A stretch of 64,000 bases of DNA, from NCBI RefSeq assembly GCF_006345805.1, contig NC_042999.1, positions 26,722,001 to 26,786,000 of the forward strand. The letters are read 5' to 3'. Source of the stretch: Octopus sinensis (Eukaryota). The notes beneath the pieces are model-generated. The model saw nothing but the letters and a program-made list of their open reading frames with translations. It had not been told where the DNA came from and did no database searches. Shown piece by piece: positions 49,246 to 64,000 of the stretch; positions within the stretch are counted from its first letter, which is position 1; each line of letters opens with the position of its first letter. The translations under genes were made by a program, and so were the position numbers.

Positions 49246-50281
49246 AAAGATTAATAAACATGTATTACCCTATTATCATGCACACGCGTCGTATTATCAT
49301 GCACAGGTTGGTCATAATACCGCAGATTTGCTTGTCTCTTGTTTGATCATAACATACATCCATACACGCGGTTTAAGTAGCATGATATAATGCTTCCGAG
49401 ACTCACGTGTATCAATATCTAAGATGGAATATTTTCTTCAGGTATGTTCTCTGCCCTAGAACATTAAGAACCGTTCTTGTGTGTTACACTTATCATCACA
49501 ATTTTTCGGTGCATGACAAGTTGTTTTAAGGCCTGTCATACACTATTACTATACATGGAAACATAGATGCGCTGACTATATGTGAGGAATAAAGTGTCTG
49601 AGTGAGTCGAGACGGACACAGTCATAGGCGTACAGAAAACATAGAATCATAAAATACTGATATATAATTTAAAAGAAAAGAACAATCAAATCATGGAAGA
49701 TAACACTGGTTCACCTCTACTTGGCTGGTGAACGCAAATTATGCTCACCTTGCAAAGGGTGGTAGTTCACTAACTAAAAAGTGAAAAGAAAAAGAGAAGC
49801 AAAAATCCAGCCAAAAGTCGCATTTTACTGAATATTTAGGAAATTCATATTTATGCTTATATTCTGAGTATATTTTTTCAGTGACCTAAGTGCCCTCTCT
49901 TGACTCAATGAGTCTGCAATTCAGTAAACTAAAAAAAAAAAAAATGAAATTTGTAATTCATGAGATGGAAAAATAAATAAATAAATATATAAATAAATAA
50001 ATGAGCAACGATTTCATTCTTCGTCTTTATCATAAAACTTGATAGCATGAAGAGCTTACATTTTGATTGAATATGAATATCACTTGCTTCTACATTCATA
50101 ACACGACCAAAACCGTAATAGAAGTCTATTTTATAGAAAGATTGAATTTTTATCTTTCTTTAAAACAAAAGAATGAAAAAGCTATTTTGAAAATAACGTG
50201 GCATTTTTTTTTCTCTTTCTACTTGATGTACACGAATAGATGTGATGTCTGTTTGAGAATTGCAAAGGTTTCTCCTTTATT

Positions 50282-50510
50282 ATCACTGCCGATGAAGGAG
50301 GTTATGTTTTCATCTGTGTTGCTTTGTCCGTCTCTCCGTCTGTGAGCAAAATAACTCAAAATGTTGTGAACAGTATTTGTTGAAACGTGCAGGAAACGTT
50401 GGCAATGACACAAGGAATAAATGATGCAATTTTGACAGTGATCCGGGAATTGTTATGGATTCTTGAAGGATTTTTCATTTGTTATATCTACTTTGCATGA
50501 AGTATTACAA
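50282..50510 (+). mobile_element. Helentron/HINE-like non-autonomous element, 5' part
   Basis: ctgccgatgaaggaggttatgttttcatc start shared with 50876; right end unclear. Confidence 0.5.
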
Positions 50511-50875
50511 TGTTACGTTCTTTGATTATTCCCCTTGAAAACATGTTCATCGTTTACACGTAACCTACGTTGGCGTTGCTGATTCCAAAGTTTATTTTCG
50601 TTTCTCTATTAGTGTAAAGAAACTGATTGTGGTGATCGGAGTTTTGACGATGTTTGTGATGAAAACGGAGACAGTGTTGATGATGACGATGGTCGAGATA
50701 AGTATGGAAGGAGGATAAACTAGTATCGGTGGCTATAATGGCGACAGGAGCGGTGTGATATTTGATACTTAGGTGATGGTAGTGATATGGGTGTTGATGA
50801 AAGTGTTAGTTGTGTGACGGTGGTATTGTAGTGGTTATACTGGTTGAGGTTGTGAAAGTGACTGTTATTTTTTTT

Positions 50876-51002
50876 AGCCCCGCTAAGGAGGTTATGTTTT
50901 TGCCGGCGTTGGTTTGGGAAATTGGGCGAATTTCAGCATGCATATATATGGGTGGAAACGAGCTGCTTGTCGGAGGTCTGCGCTCTGCGAGTGCTTTTCT
51001 AG
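50876..51002 (+). mobile_element. Short Helentron/HINE-like element
   Basis: T-run insertion site, subterminal ccgctaagg / cttgtcgg inverted pair, 3' gcgctctgcgagtgc stem-loop, CTAG at 50999-51002. Confidence 0.68.
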
Positions 51003-51911
51003 TTCTATCATGTATCTATTGACTCTACATAGGACTATGAATTCTTTTCAGAGTTTTCCCTCTATTGCTTTTCATGGGGCATTAATATTCAGATTGTGAT
51101 TAGTCATACATCTTAAATTGTATTTAGGTTTTGTTTGTGTAGATTTGATGATTCTGTAGCTGGAGTAACGATTCGTGGTCCTAATCACACAAAATGCTAG
51201 ATCGATCCTCAAACGTGTTCACAAAGATGACATTTAGATTTATTCCTGAAGTGAAGATGTGTGAAATAAACAGTTAAACGATTTCAATTACATGCGTGAA
51301 TATATTTAAAATGTGAGAATTGTTATAGCACGTAATTTGTTTATTCTAGACTAGTCTATTGGCAATTACTCACTTAACACTCTGTGAGGAATACACTTAC
51401 GATGTTGTTGTACAGCAATTTAAGATAATCTCTGAGAAACGATGCTTCAGATATATTTCAGGTGATAATGATTACATTAGGACTTACAAGTGTCTGTTAT
51501 ATGCATGTCCGTGTGCGTTTGTGTTTGGGGTGCACGTATGAGTGTATGAGATGCACTTATGAGTTATTCCCTACTTGAATATATTTATCTCTGCCTCTGT
51601 ATGAATCCATATGAGCACGAACCTCTGTGTGCGTGTGTATGTGTGCATGCGTGCATTTATATCTGGTGAGAATGTGTATATGCGCGTCACTTGTGTATGA
51701 GAACGAATGCTTTATGCACTAGTGTCTGCATATATATTGGCATATATGTGGAGCGATGTGCTGATGTGTTGTGCTTGGCACAACGTGGTGGTAAGTGGAT
51801 CGTTGGTGGGGTGGGGAATGAGATTCGCTGCTGGAGTGAGATTTGGTATTGTTAGGGGGAGAGAGAGGGGGAGATAGAGATTAGCGTGTGTGTGAGCATG
51901 TTTGCACAAGA

Positions 51912-52304
51912 TCTTTATATATAAAAGTAAGGTTGTGTGCTGTCTTCTCCTACGATTTAGATTCCTAACTACTCCCACATTTTGCGGTGCAGTTTAACCA
52001 AAACCGGGTATCTTATAGTCATGATTCATATCGAGCCCTTCTGGGTATTAGCGCGCGTCTACGATGAGTCTACGATTTAAAAAAAATTACCATCAATTTT
52101 TCCCATTTTTAATGCATTTTTGGCATATATAAGGGAAGTAACTCTCTAAAAATTATTATTAAATCTCAGAACGTAAAAAGCTACAGTAACACCCCCCCCC
52201 TTGTGGTTAGCCATATTGAGATGGCTATTATACTTTACATCTCTAAAAATGCTTATATAGTTATTTCCCTTACAAACCTGAGCAACGCCGGGCGATACTG
52301 CTAG
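51912..52304 (+). mobile_element. Complete non-autonomous Helitron
   Basis: A|TCtttatatataaaag start; 3' cctgagcaacgccgggcgatactgCTAG|T end. Confidence 0.85.
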
Positions 52305-52439
52305 TCATATATAAAAAGAATCTTAGGAGATTACAGATAATGCTTAAGGCTGAAAATTCAGTCAGAGGTCTGTACTGGATCGACTGTTAGGTATCTTGCT
52401 ATTGCTTATGGGGAAGTCAGTATTAAGGTGGTATATATG

Positions 52440-52900
52440 GTTTCTCGGTAGCTAATGGCTTGTAGTTCACCGAGTATAGCAACAGCGGCAAGGCGGTTGA
52501 TGATTCCCTGTAATGAATAATGCATACAGATCGGTGGCGAAAATACAGAGTTTCTCGGTAGCAGAGTTGGCAGTGGCGGACATTGTGTGAATAAGATAGA
52601 GCCTGTTGATGATGATCCATTCGATAATGGTAGGATTTATACTAGAGACCAAGAAATTTCCAGACAAAGCGAAAAAAGGATGCGGAGTTTTATCTATCTC
52701 TGCATCTAAGGAAATGCATACACCTTCTTTTGAAATCATTGGCCGTCATTATCAAGTGGCTAGCATAAGATGACACCTTGTGGGTAAATTATAGACTAAA
52801 ATATATGCATAACTATCTGTGATTATGTTTCTTTAAATATTGGGCTTAGGATCGGAAATAAGCTCTTTTTATTGCTTTAATCCCGAATCCCGAAATTGGA
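52440..52900 (-). mobile_element. Penelope-like GIY-YIG fragment
   Basis: PNI...II and NDFKRR blocks, then IEWIII..ALSYSHNVRHCQLCYRE (W...Y....C.LC..E tail), frameshifted. Confidence 0.62.
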
Positions 52901-54255
52901 CCCAATAATAATTTACTGTGAAGTTTTATTCTGTACATTTCATTTGCTCACTTACAACCCTTGTTTTTGTAGGAGTTTACAGTGGCATTTAGCGTATTTT
53001 TAGCGTCTTCTTATATCGTGTTAGAGCAGGTTATTTTATGATCCATTTATTATAATTATATATTTGATATATATATAATTATTCGTTTTAGTATATAATT
53101 TATCTCATGTTGGCCACGTCATATTATCATTAACATGATTTTATCCTGATTTCTATGAAATATACATATATATATATATATATACATACATGCACTAACG
53201 TATATATGTATATATATATATATATGCACTAACACACACACGCATATATACATATATTTAATACATACATACATATATATGTGCTTACATACTTTTCGTG
53301 TTGATCGGGATTTACTTTTCACATGACCGAATATCGCAGTGACTACAAAATATTTCAAAGAATAATAGTGTATAACGTTAGAAAGCCTCATTTAAATACA
53401 GCGGTCTCATGCTGATGAATTACATTTCTTGTAGGAATTTCAACGAAAGAAATTTTTTAAAATATTTTGCTCGAAGAAATCTGATAAAATGTTTAATCCA
53501 TGAAATGTATTAAAAGTACATGGAAGCTGTCGGGCACATGAAAAATACTAGAAATGCGTGTGTGTATCTGGTTGTGCGTTCACACACTCTATATACACTC
53601 TATATAAAACCACTATACACCGAGAGGTAACAACTAGGAACTGCTACATTTTGCCTTCATCAGCTGATCTCATTCATGCAAATCTAATTTGCAAGTCCTA
53701 ATCTCATTCAAGCAAATCTAATTTTCAAGTCAGAATCAGCTTCGACATATTGACACATAGCAATAAAACTATTTTGAGCAAGAGGCAATTCTTCCTTCAA
53801 GTCGAAATGAAGAAACCCTTTTCTCCTTATTAAAATACTTATCAATATCTTAATTGAGGTATTCTTAAATCTAACCACACTTACATAAAGTCACCGAAAT
53901 AGCATGGATACCATCAGGAGTGAACTCTGGCGCATAAATAAAATCTGTCCATTCATGGACTATAAAATATGGATGGCAAAAATTGGAAGTTGATTCAACA
54001 GTTAGCTTTGTAAAGGAAAACATTATTAACGAAACTTTGAATAGGTGATATTTTTATACATTTCCTACTTAAGTACGTCCTATACACGTACACAGACACT
54101 CACTCACATACACACACACACATACAAACGCACAAACACATACAAACACACACAAACACACACAAACACAAACAGGTTCGCAAACACACACGCACGCAAA
54201 CACACACAGGTTCGCAAACACACACATACACGAACACACACATATGTAAAGAGAC

Positions 54256-54286
<31 letters not shown>

Positions 54287-54396
54287 CATGAGAGAGGGAT
54301 AGCTACAGACATTTATATATATGTATGTATACATATACATGCAATATGCCTGTTTGGATATGCAAGAGTGTGTATAAATATTTGTATACATACATA

Positions 54397-54467
<71 letters not shown>

Positions 54468-54523
54468 ATGTGTGTATATATATATCTATATCTATCTATC
54501 TATACACACACACACGCACACAC

Positions 54524-54580
<57 letters not shown>

Positions 54581-54796
54581 TATTGAATTTCTAAATGTCT
54601 CAACGAGAATGAGCGTTGCTTGAGCGATAAAGTGGTTGTATAAAGTCAACATAACGTGACAGTCCCGTAGAGAGAATTGTACCACGGTTATATAGCTCTA
54701 GGAAGCATCGACGCTTCCTGTCGGCTTTGACACATTTCCTGTGTTCTTATATTTGCAAAGGGGAGGCAAGCACCCCCACCAGCTAGACCTAGTAGC

Positions 54797-54840
54797 CTGG
54801 AGACATGAATGTGTCTGTGTCTTGCCCGTCGTCAGTCTGG
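54797..54840 (-). ncRNA. Degenerate hammerhead motif (left arm)
   Basis: Minus strand CTGACGA cgggcaagacaca GACA cattcatg TC tccagg; GAAA mutated and stem I 5' strand truncated. Confidence 0.45.
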
Positions 54841-54978
54841 GTCTTGCCCGCTCATGTCCCGTTGAGGCATTTAGAAATTCATTATTTCTAATTACGGTGA
54901 CCAGTGAATAAATTTCACTGTAAATAGATATATTTGCAAGGGCTTGGTAAGTATCACCGCTAGCGAAGACACGCTACT

Positions 54979-55022
54979 CTGGACTGACGACAGGCAAGAC
55001 CCAGAAACATGCTTGTCTCCAG
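54979..55022 (+). ncRNA. Type I minimal hammerhead ribozyme (right arm)
   Basis: ctgga CTGACGA(54984-54990) caggcaagaccca GAAA(55004-55007) catgcttG TC tccag; perfect 5-bp stem I, GUC site at 55015-55017, weakened stem II. Confidence 0.62.
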
Positions 55023-55210
55023 GTTGCTAGTTCTAGCTGGTGGGGTGCTTGCCTCCCCTTTGCAAATATAAGAACACAGGAAATATGTCAAAGCCGACAG
55101 GAAGCGTCGATGCTTCCTAGGGCTATATAGCCGTGCTGTAATTCCCTCTACGGGAGTGTCACGTTATGTTGACTTTATACAACCACTATATATATATATA
55201 TATATATATA

Positions 55211-56480
55211 CGAGGGGCGTTCAATAAGTAATGCCCCTGACCCACTTCCCATAGCAGTAGAGCAACGACACTTGGCACAGTTATTAGTCTTTTCCTACAT
55301 AGGAACTACTCAGAGTTATGCATTTCTCCCATCGTTTGATACATCTCTGGAGACCGTTTTTGTAGAAGACCCCAGCTTGGTCCTCCAGCCACGACGTGAC
55401 TTCAGAAATCAAGGCTGCATCATCTGGGAAACGCTTTCCTTTCAAATTCAACTTCATGGCTAGGAAGAGGTGAAAATCAGAGGGTACAAGGGGAGGAGTT
55501 CATAGCTGCACACCTGTGCTTCTGATCTGGTGACACGCGAGTTGTGGACCGGAGCGTTGTCCTGCAGGAGGAGGATGCCTTTGCTGATCTTGCCCCGCCT
55601 CTTGATTTTGATAGCTTCTCTTAATTTCCTCAAAAATGAAGCATAATAGGCTCCTGTAATTGTGGTATCCTTTGCCAGGAAATCTGTCATCACTACTCCG
55701 TCCTGGTCCCAGAAGACTGTGAGCATGACCTTGTCAGCGGAGGGCTGCACCCTTGCCTTCTTTGGAGGAGGTGAGTCACGGTGCTTTCACTGCATTGACT
55801 GGGCTTTGTTCTATGGATCATAGTGATGGACCCAGGGTTTATCCTGTGTGATCAGTCTTTTGAAAAATTTTGACTCATCTTCTTGGCACATCTCCAAATT
55901 CATCCTCGAGCACTCAACGCGTTCTTGCTTCTGGAAAGGTGTGAGCAGCCTGGAAATCCATCTGGCAGACACCTTTTGCATATGCAAATGGTCATGAATG
56001 ATAGTTTCCACAGACCCGGTACTAATCTTGACCTCATAGGCTATTTGGTGAATAGTTATGCGTTGACCTTCCAAAATGGCAGCCTCAACTTGACGGACAG
56101 ACGTCTCATCAACGGCAGAAGGGGGCGACCAGATCTGGGAGCTGTTTCCACAGAGTTCCGACCATGTTTGAATTCACAATGCCAGCGTTTTACAAGGTCA
56201 TATGATGGAGCATCATCACCATAAGTTACTTTCATTTCATCAAAAGTCTCCCGTGGTGTGCGTCCTTTCAAATACAAAAACCAGATCACTGCTCGACACT
56301 CAACCGGCTCCATTTCACACTTGACTCAGTTCAAACACCTGTAAATAAAAAACCACAATTAGTTCAGAGCTGTAATTCGCCACTTAATCTATAGACGTAT
56401 AAATAAGTGCACTTGCAAAATTTCAGCTAGATCAAACAAATGCAAGTGGGTCAGGGGCATTACTTATTGAACGCCCCTCG
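55211..56480 (-). mobile_element. Full-length mariner with perfect 37-bp TIRs and TA TSD
   Basis: cgaggggcgttcaataagtaatgcccctgacccactt (55211-55247) / exact reverse complement (56444-56480), TA on both sides; 1270 bp. Confidence 0.97.
55284..56313 (-). pseudogene. Mariner (D,D34D-type) transposase with frameshifts
   Basis: MEPVECRAVIWFLYLKG, APRSGRP, KVSARWISRLLT, LITQDKPWVHHYDP, KVMLTVFWD, LLQDNAPVH, SDFHLF...RWEKCI. Confidence 0.93.
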
Positions 56481-56494
56481 TATATAACGGCTCT

Positions 56495-56690
56495 CCATGC
56501 TTGTTTGTTTTCTTTGTATGTCACCACTGTCCTGCTTTTCTTCAATTTTTTTTTCTTTTTGTAAGCCTGGTACATATTCTATCAGAGTTTTGCCGAATCG
56601 CTAAGTTATGGGAACATAAACACAGCAACATCGGTTGCCAAGTAATGGTGGGGGTACAAACACAATCCCCCCACACACACGCAAATATAC
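56495..56690 (-). mobile_element. SINE family A 3' fragment, diverged
   Basis: ttttgccgaatcgctaagttatgggaacataaacacagcaacatcggttgccaag. Confidence 0.65.
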
Positions 56691-58338
<1,648 letters not shown>

Positions 58339-58339
58339 A

Positions 58340-59230
58340 TTATATATCCAATACAATTTTTAAGAACAAATTAAATATATATAAGTCAGTAATATGCAAC
58401 CAGATAAATTACCCAAATAAGCTATTTGTGTATAAACCATATGGTTTTAGAAACATGAGCTATAGGCAAACTGTTACTACTAGTAAAAATTATAATAAAA
58501 ATCTAGGAAACGGGGTATAATTTGCTTCAATCCACCCTTTCACGTTTAAATGAGGAAGCTCTCTAAAATATTTTATAAGAGTGTTGAGGAAATTCTCCCC
58601 AGGGACATAAATACCACTCAATTTTCAACATTGTTTGAAATTGTCATACTTCAACAACTCCAAATTTAGGCTCAATTATAGCCGCAAACAATAAATATAA
58701 ACTTAGTAATAATATTAGTAATAGTTCAAATATAGATCATACGGAGTCGGCTTCTAGTGAAACAAATTGTAGTATTGATATAACGGATAGGAGTACCACT
58801 ACTTAATCCTTAAATGAAACTTGTCAGTTCAACTCCCACGAATCGTGTGTTTTAGGAGGGAATTGTCTGAGAAAAATCGCAGTATGTAAGTGCGAAGTTA
58901 GTATAGTAAATCCTACACGGCATAGACAAATTTTATAGGGGTTATTATAGAGTTTTAAAAGTAGAAATGGGGGACACAAGAATTTATTTATTAACCCCAA
59001 TATTAAAAAAATCCACGACATTGGCATCATATATTAACCACCTCAATGAGACTAACATTAAGTATTTTTTAAGGTGGCCGAATCAACACCATATAAAACG
59101 CATACAAAATCTTGTAGGTTTTGCATAAAGAATCCAGTAGCATACTATATGCTAGGAAAAGAAATAGAAATATATTAAGTAAAAGTACAGATGCCTTCTT
59201 ATGTTGTAAACATAGATATTCAGCAACAGT
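58340..59230 (+). mobile_element. Penelope-like element 3' ORF remnant (linker and GIY-YIG)
   Basis: KSRKRGIICFNPPF, PQGHKYHSIFN, PNLGSIIAANNK, SCVLGGNCL...FKSR..GHK, STTLASYI, CRFC.KE...IL. Confidence 0.87.
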
Positions 59231-59309
59231 AAAAAGTTTTAAACTTTAAGATTTAAAAATATTTTCAGATATGAACTGGATTAGATCCTATGAATACTTA
59301 TATACAAAG

Positions 59310-59372
59310 GCGCAGGAGGGGCTGTGTTGTAAGTAGCTTCTTCACCAACCACATGGTTTCTGGGTTCAGTCG
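59310..59372 (+). mobile_element. SINE family A 5' head fragment
   Basis: ggcgcaggaggggctgtgttgtaagtagcttc...ccaaccacatggtttctgggttcagtc. Confidence 0.72.
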
Positions 59373-60627
59373 CATAGCAAAGTTCTCGGAAACATCATCT
59401 ATACTGTCTTAAACTAAATTCTACACAGTGTGGCTTCAGAAGCGTGGTTTCCATAACTGATCTATTAAAAGTCTTCTGTAGTTTCTATCAACCATAGTTC
59501 ACCCTTAAAGCAGCGCTTAATAATAGATGAGTTACAAAGGTGAAAATAATGAATTAGCTTTTATATGACTGTCTGAAAATTTCGAATCAAAGCTTTTCGT
59601 GCACGCTGTTTGTATCTGTATTAGTGAAATGTAAATTTCTAAGATTGAGCTACTATTTTTCTATCATTTTTGAAACAAATACAAGTCATACAAGTTATTT
59701 GAATTATTATTGCTCTTTTAAATAACTGGCGTGTTCTTTCAAATATACGTAATGAATGTATTTATACAAAATTGTTTTTATTGACTGTATTTTTCTTCTG
59801 TAATTAATATCATAGCTATATTTAAATTATAAGTTTAAAATATCGACTTCTTATTTAAAATAAGACCAATATTGAAGGTGGTGCATTTACCTGTCCGAAT
59901 TAGCTCGGGTTTTGGACGTTATAGAAACAGATCATAGTGAAATGCTGAATTTATTAATATATCAATATGGAAGCCAGCAGTTATTAAAAAAAGATCGTGT
60001 ATGTTTTTATATACAAATATTTTTACACTAACAAATATTTTATACGTAAATTTTTACAATATATTTACTTTAAATGTTTATAATAATATTCTATACATAA
60101 CTGCGTTTTTCATATCTTGCAATTACGAGACATTTCTAAAGCTGATGTTAGTTTAACAAAGTCTATTAACGTTTTTTTTTTTCTTTTTTACCCAATATTA
60201 AGCCAATTCGTTGTGTACTCGTTTCGTTAAAAGCCGTTTTTATTTTAAGGAGAAAATATTGATCTTTGTCACAAGTAATCACTTGACACTAGTGTATATG
60301 TTTTCTGGCTATTCTCTTTTAAATTATACATGCAATTTTTGTTGATACATCACTTTAAACTTTACTTGCAATCACTTTTATGATTTGCTACCATTTCCGG
60401 AGAACTTTTTAATGCCTTTGATATTGACTAACATATTTTGTACTGTCATATATTTTAGTTTACACAGGGTTACCATTCATGCAGTGAATGAGAAGAGCAC
60501 AAGAAATGTAAATATTTATTCTGAATAGTTCGTTGTACTATACTTTAATATTCTAACACTTCCAATTACTAGATCAGATAAAAAGAGTTCCCTTTCCCTA
60601 TGCTCTGAATACGATATACACAAAGGT

Positions 60628-60675
<48 letters not shown>

Positions 60676-60750
60676 GTATGTATATATATATATATATATA
60701 TACATATATAAATCATATATGTGATATGTATATATATATATACATATATT

Positions 60751-60797
<47 letters not shown>

Positions 60798-61620
60798 TTA
60801 TACAACTCAGGCTCTGGACGAATATTAAATACAAGAAACTAACTAGGAAGATCTAAATTATCCAAATCGGCAATATAGATAAAGAATTTTTTATTAACGA
60901 TTTTTAGACACAGGAAACGTAAAGATGATTGCATGAAGACAAGAGCGAATACAGAAGTAGAAGGATAAATAAAGTGTATATGCAGTCATTACAAATCAGG
61001 ACAGCAGAATAGAATATAAAATATTCAATGCCATTCATCAACCGAAAAGATATTTACGGTGGTTTCAGAGATTTTCTCTTAAACAATGTCTGGAACTGCT
61101 TCGTTGAGATGGTTCGAAGTTATCAGGGAGAACGCATTAAAGAAAAAAAAAAACTACATAAAGGAAGTTATGGATGGACCACAAGCAAAGTAAATACGTT
61201 TTCGATTCAGAAAGATAAGAAAGTAACCATAGAGCCTCTTTGGCAAGAAACAGAATAAGTGAAAGATTTAACGTGAAGAGAGAATTTTTTTTAACAGAAG
61301 CCTGCAATGAGCTGAGTGGCCGAAACCAAATAATTTGGCAGACAAACAATGAAAGACAGAAAGTGCAGAACAAGAAATGTTTTATGGGTAAACGTGTACA
61401 AGAATATATATCGGAGCGAAAAGACAAAATGAAAAGTGAGAGAGAGAGAGAAATGAAAAAGAGAAAAATGTAGACGCGGGAGAGAGTGAAGACGAGCGAG
61501 AGAGAAAAAGGAGAGAGTGAATGAGAGAGACATAGAATATAGAGACAAGGATAGAGAGTAATGCCGTTGCTAATACATTGAATAAGTTACATTCATAAGG
61601 GAGAGTAAAAAAAGTTGGCA

Positions 61621-61922
61621 AATACGATTTGAAAATGACTGCAGAAAGCGGAGTATAAGAACACAAACTCATTGACGAGGCGGAATTTACACAGTGGAGC
61701 GTTAACAAAAAAGAAGAAAAATTTCTTTCAAGTTGGAAGCTCTTCAAAATGAGAGTAATATCTTACAATCTGAGTATAACTGGAAGAGAAGTGACAGACG
61801 TAGGAATGGCCCTGCACTAATTAGTATTTGAAATTTATAATAGAAAACGTTCAAAGTGCATATTACGCATACACACAACAAAAACACTCATACACATGTA
61901 TATAAATATATATATATACATA

Positions 61923-61970
<48 letters not shown>

Positions 61971-62009
61971 TATATATATATAATAATATATATATATACA
62001 CATATATAC

Positions 62010-62040
<31 letters not shown>

Positions 62041-62374
62041 AATAATAAATATTAGGAATATATCCAAATTTACAGGGAAAAAAATCAGATTTAGGATTAA
62101 ATCCATTTTATAGTAAAATATTATAAAATATTATTTGAGACAAAACCACTATTTTGCAAAACAAACAAGGAAAGACTTAATCAATACATAAAATTTAATA
62201 AATAGTCTATTTTGACTATTTATTAAATTTTATGTATTGATTAAGTCTTTCTTTGTTTGTTTGCAAAATAGTGGTTTTGTCTCAAATAATTTTTATTATA
62301 TATATAAATATATATATACATATATAATATACATATATATATATACATATATATATATATACATATATATATAT

Positions 62375-62417
<43 letters not shown>

Positions 62418-62464
62418 TATATACATCCGTATCTACGTATGTGCGTACGTATGCACACACACAT

Positions 62465-62496
<32 letters not shown>

Positions 62497-62653
62497 GTAG
62501 TAATTTTATATTTGCGTATACACCTTGTAGTATGCCGCTTAAAGACCGTTCACTGTATTCGGCTATCTGGTGTCATGAACAGTATGTATTTAAATGACAC
62601 TGGATATACTTCAGGTGAGACACCTGTCTGCATGGTTATCTATTCCGTGTGTG

Positions 62654-62699
<46 letters not shown>

Positions 62700-63025
62700 A
62701 AGAGCTTTAGCATACGTATGTGGACATGTCTGTACACATATATATATATATATATATACACATAAGCATAAACGCATAAAATAATATTCACCTATCAGTA
62801 TTTCGAGTATATAGGTATCTGTTGACAGCCCGATGTCTCTTCCAGTTATAGTCAGATTGTAAGAAATTACTCTCATTTTCAAGAGCTTCCAGCTTGAGAG
62901 TAATTTTTCTTCTTTATTGTTAACACTCCACTGTGTAAATTCTGCCGCGTCAATGAGTTTGTGTTATTATACTCCGCTTGCTGCAGTCATTTTTTTATCG
63001 TATTTTTATGTTTGTGTGTGAGGGT

Positions 63026-63058
<33 letters not shown>

Positions 63059-63358
63059 GTGTGTGTGTGTGTGTGTGTGTGTGCGTGCGTATGAATTTGT
63101 ATACATAAATTAGTTGATGTGGAATTATAAATCGATCAAGAGTAAGTAGATTTCTACACATTGAAACCAATCTGACTTCAATGGCGACCATATGAAAGAG
63201 TTACTTTAACAAATATAAAAGAATCGTCAACGACGCACATTTAATGCCTCAGGCAAAGGTGTAGCGACATAGACATTGGGCTGTCAACAGATACCTATAT
63301 AATCGAAATACTAATAGGTGAATATGATTTTATGTGTTTATGCTTCTGTGTGTATATA
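61621..63358. repeat. Crossed long-range inverted repeats A...B-A'...B'
   Basis: A 61621-61789 / A' 62836-63003; B about 62753-62838 / B' 63271-63358. Confidence 0.9.
62040..62290. repeat. Near-perfect hairpin (62130-62208 / 62215-62290, 6-nt loop), same family as 27998
   Basis: gacttaatcaatacataaaatttaataaatagtc tatttt gactatttattaaattttatgtattgattaagtc. Confidence 0.92.
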
Positions 63359-64000
63359 CAAATAATTTGTTGCCTCATGAATATAGAAAAAGCCTAGAGT
63401 CAGTATGAATGGCTGTTTGTGATCTATGATTTGTCTTTCGTTCCATCCATGCTTGTTTTATTGTTTGATGGTTACATTTAACGTGTTCCATTATCCGCGT
63501 AATGCATAGTATTTGATTCCCTCATTTACTGTTATTCTTATATTCTTCTGTTCTTTGTAATTCGATATATTAGTTACACAAAAAGTGTTCTTCAATTTAA
63601 CTCAAGCTACCTGTATACACAGTGTACAGGTAGCAAAAGACAACGACCAACAAAATAAGTAACAAGGCAGTGCGATCGTTTCAAATAATTCCATTTAATT
63701 GAACAATGCTATCATTACATCAATTTAAATGCGGAGCAATTCTCAGCTGCATAAAGACATAGAATTTAATTAGATTAAAACAGATGGACACATTAGTATA
63801 ATTTTACCTAAAATATCCAAGAAGGGAAGGAAATAGACAAAGAACATGCTGTCTTCACTTCAGTTTAGAAGCTACTGAGGTATCAGGAAGAAAGATTTGT
63901 TACAGATTTTGCTTGTCACTGTTTTATGGGGTCAGCTTTAATTTATGGACTAGTTTATCAAATCTTTGTATATCTAAGACCAAAAGAACAAGGAGCAGTG

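Larger units (their letters stand above)
54574..55187. repeat. Long foldback (54631-54837 / 54982-55187) with a crossing short inverted pair (54574-54615 / 54849-54891)
   Basis: About 205-bp near-identical reverse-complement arms; between (TA)n tracts. Confidence 0.95.

Overview
AT-rich, microsatellite-dense animal DNA made mostly of transposable-element debris. The SINE families, TTAGGG-type repeats and (TA)n density suggest a cephalopod such as Octopus (inference). No host protein-coding gene is recognisable. Most ORFs in the track are microsatellite read-throughs (IYIY, THTH) or antisense shadows of decayed TE frames. Recognisable content: two mariner elements (one with perfect 37-bp TIRs), a decayed pogo/Tigger, two Gypsy remnants, two R4/Dong-type fragments, at least four Penelope-like RT/GIY-YIG remnants, three Helitron-type and two Helentron/HINE-type elements, an 8-bp-TSD MITE carrying telomere-like repeats, two copies of a Gag-like zinc-knuckle ORF with no RT, and about 17 tRNA-derived SINE copies in three families. 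The most notable signal is a set of long foldback inverted repeats. Two unrelated ones (3148-3600 and 54631-55187) carry a hammerhead-ribozyme motif at the inner end of each arm, pointing outward, with the palindromic helix III typical of Penelope-associated minimal hammerheads. Three loci share a crossed A-B-A'-B' inverted-repeat layout, two of them with 3-nt junction microhomology. All folds and alignments were done by eye and need computational and experimental confirmation.
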